From NCBI GenBank assembly GCA_963692915.1, contig OY843584.1:576001-640000 (forward strand): DNA of 64,000 nt. Direction: 5' to 3'. Shown here piece by piece: positions 59,186 through 64,000 of the stretch. The notes beneath the pieces are model-generated. The model had not been told where the DNA came from, did no database searches, and saw nothing but the letters and a program-made list of their open reading frames with translations. Numbering within the stretch: position 1 is the first letter of the stretch; each line of letters starts with the position of its first letter. This stretch comes from Cenarchaeum sp. (GTDB lineage: Archaea > Thermoproteota > Nitrososphaeria > Nitrososphaerales > Nitrosopumilaceae). Made by a program: the position numbers and the translations under genes.

Positions 59186-62134
59186 ATGTCCCCATGGACC
59201 GAGCAGAACCGGCTCGGCAGGCCGGTGCGCAAGTTCGTCAATGGCGTGCCCGATCCGCGCTACTGGCAGGCCGGCCTTTACGCGAACGCCACGGTGCGGC
59301 CGACGCGCAATGCCCCCAACGTCTTTGAAATCTCGCCGGTCAGCGATCGCGAGTCAGTAATCCTCCCCTCGGCCTCGACGCGCTCGCTGGAGATCGTAAA
59401 GGATCCCGGCAGCGGGGGGATTCGCCTCCTCGCCTCGGCCTCGCCGGAGGACTCGTCATATCCGGCCGAGACCGGCCATGAATGCGCCAGGGTGGGTGCG
59501 GCAGCACCCGAGTGGGTGCGCGATCCGGCCGCGCGCGCCTTTGACGTCGAGCTTGCATCACAGCTAAACTTTGCGCCAGTCTCTGCACCGCCCAACATGC
59601 AAAACACGCTGGCGCGCACCATGGCCCCCAGGACAGGTGAGGGCATATGGGTGCAGGCAGTCTTTGAGAGCCAGACAGGCATCCTCGCGCGCCATGCGCT
59701 CGACGCGCACAGGGCCATACGGCGCGCGCATGGCGCAGACGGCAGCACCGGAATCATCGCGCGCACCCTTGAGCCCCACTATGCGTCAAGGGCCACCCTG
59801 CCGCTAGTCGCCCTCTCGATCAGGGGGGCGTTCCTCTCTGACTCGCCTGAAGCAACGCTTGCCGCACTGGGCGCCGCCTTTGGATCCGTCTCCGTGGAGG
59901 GAGACTCGCTCAGCGCGCACATGTATGACATTGCGCCGCTCCTTGACTGGCTCGAGTCGCGACAGCTCGCCTCAGACGGCGCATACGACATACTGGGGCA
60001 CAACTGCGCAATGTGGAAAGACTCGAGGCTCGGCTTTGGGCGCGACATGTCCCCCGTCCTCGTGGCCACGCACCCCGAGCTCTCCGCGCTCCTGCGCATT
60101 CCCGACGACCCCGCACTGGAGATCAGGTACATGCGGCGCAGGCGCGGCGGCGCAGAAGAGGTCGTGCTTGGCCATGACCTTGCGTCAGCTGACTATGCGC
60201 GCCTCACAGAGTCGCCGGCCTCGATATCCCCGGAGCACATGGAGTCCCACACGTATCTCCTGGGCGCAACGGGCACGGGCAAGACGTCCCTCATGAGGTC
60301 GCTTGCGCTGCACCTCTGCACGCCAAAGGGCAACGGCTACGACAGGGCCGTGATAATAGTGGACGTAAAGGACGACGACGCGCTGTCGTACCTCACGCAG
60401 CTCGACGCCGAGACACTCGACTCGGGCCGCGTGACATACATTGACATGAACCGCACCGAGTATGCGATAAACCCCCTCGAGCTGCCGCCCCATGACGAGT
60501 CCTCGCGGGACATGGTCGTCTCGCGCAAGATAGGCCAGGTCTCCTCGCTCCTAAAGGAGGTCTATTCGCAGCAGGCCGTCATGGTCCAGGTCGAGCGCCT
60601 CATCAGGCTCCTCCTCGCGCACCTCTACTCGCAAACGCCCTCGCCGACGATGGCCGACCTGTACGGCATCATCACGACGAGCCTGAATGACCCGACTGCA
60701 GCGGCGCGGCGCATGGCGACGGCCTCGCCGGACCTCTCGCAGGCGTTCGCCTCGCTCTCGAGGCTGCCGCGGGACTCGTGGACGCCGCTCATCAACAGGA
60801 TCGAGCCGTTTGCCATCGACGCGTACATGAAAAAGAGGTTCTCGGCGCGCCATGGGACAGTCGACTTTGCAAGGATGCTCGAGCCCGGCCAGATCACGAT
60901 ATTTCGCGCGTCTGAGGCCGAGACGCCCTCGCACGTGCACGCCATCATGCCCACGCTCATAGCGCTCGAGATATGGAACGCGCTCCTCTCACGGGCCGAG
61001 GCCGGCGGGAAGCGCACGCCTGTCACGCTGTTCCTTGACGAGTTTCACATGATGCGCGACGTCACGCTGCTAAAGTCGATGCTCTCGCGCGGGCGCTCCC
61101 TCGGCCTGGGCCTCGTGCTTGCGCACCAGAACCTCTCGCAGGTGGATCGCCCGATGCTTGACATGGTGCTCGGCAACACCTCGACGCACATACACGGCAG
61201 GGCAGTCGGGGGAGACGCGCGCACGATAGCCAACGCGATAGACCCCGCACACGCCGCCGAGATCATCGACCAGATCAGCGGCCTGCCAAACCATTCGTTT
61301 CTGATCAGCCGCGTCCCGCCAAAGGGCGCCGAGCGCGCCCCGCCGGTGCGCTTTGTGGCGCACGCCCCGCCGCCGCGCGTGACTGATGACGCGCACCTCG
61401 CGATGTTCCTCAAAAGGATGTCTGACACACACCGGCCTGATGACGGCGCAGGATCAATCCCGCATGACGCGTGGAAGGCAGAGCTGTCAGTCCTCCTGCC
61501 TGCCCGGCTATGGTGGCACATCATCGTGGCGATGCGCGACGGCGGCTCTAGTGTCACGCAGCTCGCCGAGAGCGCCGCTGTCGTGGGCCTCATCAAAATG
61601 CGCTACGAGATCTCCTCGGCGCTCACCTCGATGGTGCATGACAGGCTCGTGAAGAGGATCTCGGATCGCCGGAGCGGGACCGTGGCGCACCCGACGCACG
61701 CGCTCACCGACCTTGCCAGGGAGACGTACCTGCCCTGCTCATTTGGCGCGATCGGCCGTGCCAGGGGAGTCGAGGAGGCCGCGTGCGCGGCCTTTGAGCA
61801 CAATGTGGCCAAAGGCCGCTTTGCGGCCATCGCCGCGCAGGGGCGCACGATTGGCTCGTTGAACTCTGTTGACATGATCGCGTATGACTATGAGCGCGAC
61901 TGCGCGCGCAGCGTCGAGGTCGAGTCGGCAGCCGAGGTGAGCAGCCATCCCGAGCACGTCATACACAACATGTCAAAGTGGGAGGCCATGGGGTTTGTTG
62001 GCTGCGACACGTGGTCTGACTCACCGGCGGTGCTGCGCCTGCGCGAAAAGGTTCCCGAGCCTGTCCGCTCGGCAGTCAGGTGCTTTGTCCTGCAGGACGG
62101 CAAGTGGGTGTGCCATGGCGGCACGGGCAAGTGA
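59186..62134 (+). CDS. VirD4/TraD/HerA-like ATPase with C-terminal wHTH and PD-(D/E)XK-like domain
   Basis: GATGTGKT, IVDVKDD, LFLDEFH, LVLAHQNLSQ, LGNT; tail VDMIAYD...SVEVES. Confidence 0.8.
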   Translation: MSPWTEQNRLGRPVRKFVNGVPDPRYWQAGLYANATVRPTRNAPNVFEISPVSDRESVILPSASTRSLEIVKDPGSGGIRLLASASPEDSSYPAETGHECARVGAAAPEWVRDPAARAFDVELASQLNFAPVSAPPNMQNTLARTMAPRTGEGIWVQAVFESQTGILARHALDAHRAIRRAHGADGSTGIIARTLEPHYASRATLPLVALSIRGAFLSDSPEATLAALGAAFGSVSVEGDSLSAHMYDIAPLLDWLESRQLASDGAYDILGHNCAMWKDSRLGFGRDMSPVLVATHPELSALLRIPDDPALEIRYMRRRRGGAEEVVLGHDLASADYARLTESPASISPEHMESHTYLLGATGTGKTSLMRSLALHLCTPKGNGYDRAVIIVDVKDDDALSYLTQLDAETLDSGRVTYIDMNRTEYAINPLELPPHDESSRDMVVSRKIGQVSSLLKEVYSQQAVMVQVERLIRLLLAHLYSQTPSPTMADLYGIITTSLNDPTAAARRMATASPDLSQAFASLSRLPRDSWTPLINRIEPFAIDAYMKKRFSARHGTVDFARMLEPGQITIFRASEAETPSHVHAIMPTLIALEIWNALLSRAEAGGKRTPVTLFLDEFHMMRDVTLLKSMLSRGRSLGLGLVLAHQNLSQVDRPMLDMVLGNTSTHIHGRAVGGDARTIANAIDPAHAAEIIDQISGLPNHSFLISRVPPKGAERAPPVRFVAHAPPPRVTDDAHLAMFLKRMSDTHRPDDGAGSIPHDAWKAELSVLLPARLWWHIIVAMRDGGSSVTQLAESAAVVGLIKMRYEISSALTSMVHDRLVKRISDRRSGTVAHPTHALTDLARETYLPCSFGAIGRARGVEEAACAAFEHNVAKGRFAAIAAQGRTIGSLNSVDMIAYDYERDCARSVEVESAAEVSSHPEHVIHNMSKWEAMGFVGCDTWSDSPAVLRLREKVPEPVRSAVRCFVLQDGKWVCHGGTGK

Positions 62135-62218
62135 TGTCGGCCAAGAGCAATATTTCCACGTGGCACACGCTTGCTATCTAATCAGGGCAATCATGACGCA
62201 CACGCGCATGCCGCGCAG

Positions 62219-64000
62219 CTATTCCGGGGGCGGCGCCGGATACATCTCCAGGAGCGCAAGCTCGGCGAGGTTTATCTCGTGGGCGATCTTTGCGCGGAGG
62301 CGCTCGAGGTACTCCTTTTGGTCCTCGGGCTCCGGGGAGGCGACATAGGCCGGCTCGGCAGCCGGCGCGGCCGGCGCAACTCCCATGGCGCGCAGGTGCT
62401 CCTCGGCGATCGCGCGCTCGGACGCGATGAGCTCCGCAAAGCTGTCGGTGCCGCGCGCCCAGCCGTGCTGCGTCGCGCGATCCTCCTCGTACATCGACTC
62501 GTCGATCTCGTGGTACAGCGAGGCGAGGTTGCGCAGCGGCTCGTACGTGCCGGCCGGGGTGATGCGGTAGACGCGGTACTCGTCGTCGAGCATGTACGTC
62601 ACGTGGCGCGTGTCATAGTCGTACGTCCCGTCGCCGTCGGCGTCAACGTTGCTGGCGATGAGCGGGTAGAGCACTAGCGCCCCGCCGTTGACCTCGATGC
62701 CGTGGCTCGGGTTTAGCGACTCGCCGGTCACGTGGACGCCGTGGTTGAAAAAGTTCTGCCACGAGTTGCGCCTCTCGTCCCAGACGACCGTCGAGACGAC
62801 GTCAAAGTTGAGGGGCTCGCGGAACGTGTGGTGTATCGTGACTATGCGGCACTCGGCCTCCGAGCCTGGCATGCACGCGCCGATCTCCGAGCTCGCGCGC
62901 AGCGTCTCGGCGTCTATCGTGTCGACTGCGCCGCCGACTGAGGCCGTCGCGTTGCCGTTGCCGTACGGCAGGCTCACCCTTATCTCGGCGCCCGACTCGC
63001 CAAAGTGCTGCCCGCGCCCCAGGCCAAAGGCCAGGCCGACGTGCCTGACGTTGAGCGGGCCCGTGTCCTCAAAGACCTTTATGATCGCGACGTTCTCCAC
63101 TCCGGTCTCCACGGTTATGAGCGGCATGGGCGTGTAATAGTACTCGGCGTCCACGGCCTCTCCGTTGTACGAGAACCCCTGGCTCACGCGCCTCGTCCCC
63201 GTGGAGTCGACTCCCAGCGTCGGCGGCGTGCAGTCATCGCAGCCGTCCCCGCCGCCGCCGCCGCCGGATCCGGCCTGCGTGGCGCCAAAGCGCGTAAAGT
63301 GGTTTGTCCATATCACGAGATCCCCGCCATCGCGCACGCGGCACTCCCTGAGCTCGATGGCGCCAGAGCCAATACCTCTCGGCACCCCAGAGTCATCAAA
63401 CGATTCGCACTCGGGTATGGAGTGAACGGTGAGGGCGTCTGCGCCGGACAGCCAGAACGCGTGAGCCGCAGCGCCGGCACCGAGCAGCCTTATCGCCACG
63501 GGCCTGTCAAATGTCATCGGAGTCGCATCACCGCTCTTGCCGAACTCGACAAGTATCGCCGGCGGCCTGGAGGACAGAACCCTGGTCACTGCCTCGTTGG
63601 CCGCAGTCTCCTCGTCTGTCCCCTCCGCCGCGACATACTCGGTGCCGCGCGCCGGGGGCGGGAGTCGCGCGACGGCGATGGACTCGTCAGTGTCAACATC
63701 CCCAAAGTCCTCGACCACCGTTGACTGGCGTAATGTGACAGTCGCCCCGTCCACGTTCACCGTTATCGTTCCGGCCAGCGTGTCACTGGGCAGCGAACTC
63801 AGGATGATCCTCGTGCTCTCGCCCAGCTCGCCTCTCTCCTCCCCTACAGCCTCGATTGTGTACTCGCCTGTGGCAGGCACGGTGAGCTCGAGCGCGCTAA
63901 GAGTGCCGCCAGCCTCGACCAGGGGCGCCTGCATGGTCGGCACGGGAACAAGCGGGTTACCGGCCCTGTCAGTCAGGCCCGATATGCTGATTGTGAAGGG
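62219..64000 (-). CDS. C-terminal part of a large thaumarchaeal-type surface protein (open at window end)
   Basis: No stop to the window edge; TNHFTRF, Gly linker, CDDCTPPTLG...GFSYNG module. Confidence 0.75.
   Translation of the reverse strand, partial: PFTISISGLTDRAGNPLVPVPTMQAPLVEAGGTLSALELTVPATGEYTIEAVGEERGELGESTRIILSSLPSDTLAGTITVNVDGATVTLRQSTVVEDFGDVDTDESIAVARLPPPARGTEYVAAEGTDEETAANEAVTRVLSSRPPAILVEFGKSGDATPMTFDRPVAIRLLGAGAAAHAFWLSGADALTVHSIPECESFDDSGVPRGIGSGAIELRECRVRDGGDLVIWTNHFTRFGATQAGSGGGGGGDGCDDCTPPTLGVDSTGTRRVSQGFSYNGEAVDAEYYYTPMPLITVETGVENVAIIKVFEDTGPLNVRHVGLAFGLGRGQHFGESGAEIRVSLPYGNGNATASVGGAVDTIDAETLRASSEIGACMPGSEAECRIVTIHHTFREPLNFDVVSTVVWDERRNSWQNFFNHGVHVTGESLNPSHGIEVNGGALVLYPLIASNVDADGDGTYDYDTRHVTYMLDDEYRVYRITPAGTYEPLRNLASLYHEIDESMYEEDRATQHGWARGTDSFAELIASERAIAEEHLRAMGVAPAAPAAEPAYVASPEPEDQKEYLERLRAKIAHEINLAELALLEMYPAPPPE

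Overview
GC-rich archaeal chromosome segment. The gene set and protein styles fit a Nitrososphaerota (Thaumarchaeota, Nitrosopumilaceae-like) genome, possibly a high-GC symbiont lineage (inference). The backbone holds ccdA/thioredoxin, bioF/bioB/bioA/bioD, thrC, a CNNM/CorC protein, archaeal GAPDH, HMG-CoA synthase, thiolase, purK/purE/purP, threonine dehydratase, tatA/tatC, a MoxR-DUF58-vWA cluster, ubiX, CBS-TrkH, mqnD, EF-2 and an XPD/DinG helicase. Several accessory islets interrupt it. (i) A duplicated small gene plus a PycTM-like membrane protein inside the bio cluster. (ii) An AT-rich EVE + HindVP-like restriction-modification (R-M) island with a 12-bp tandem repeat. (iii) An Eco47II/Sau96I-like R-M pair. 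(iv) A HEPN gene next to a possible HK97-fold gene. (v) A DUF3800 gene with a structured 3' element, bracketed by two IS5/IS903-like MITE copies. (vi) A tandem, diversifying two-gene module encoding a putative ADP-ribosyltransferase-fold protein and an acidic wHTH-like partner, bounded by a junction motif that occurs three times. (vii) A solitary VirD4/HerA-like ATPase fused to wHTH and nuclease-like domains. Items v and vi are the best candidates for an undescribed system. No tRNA, rRNA or CRISPR array was recognised. All family calls come from motif recognition by eye, not database searches.
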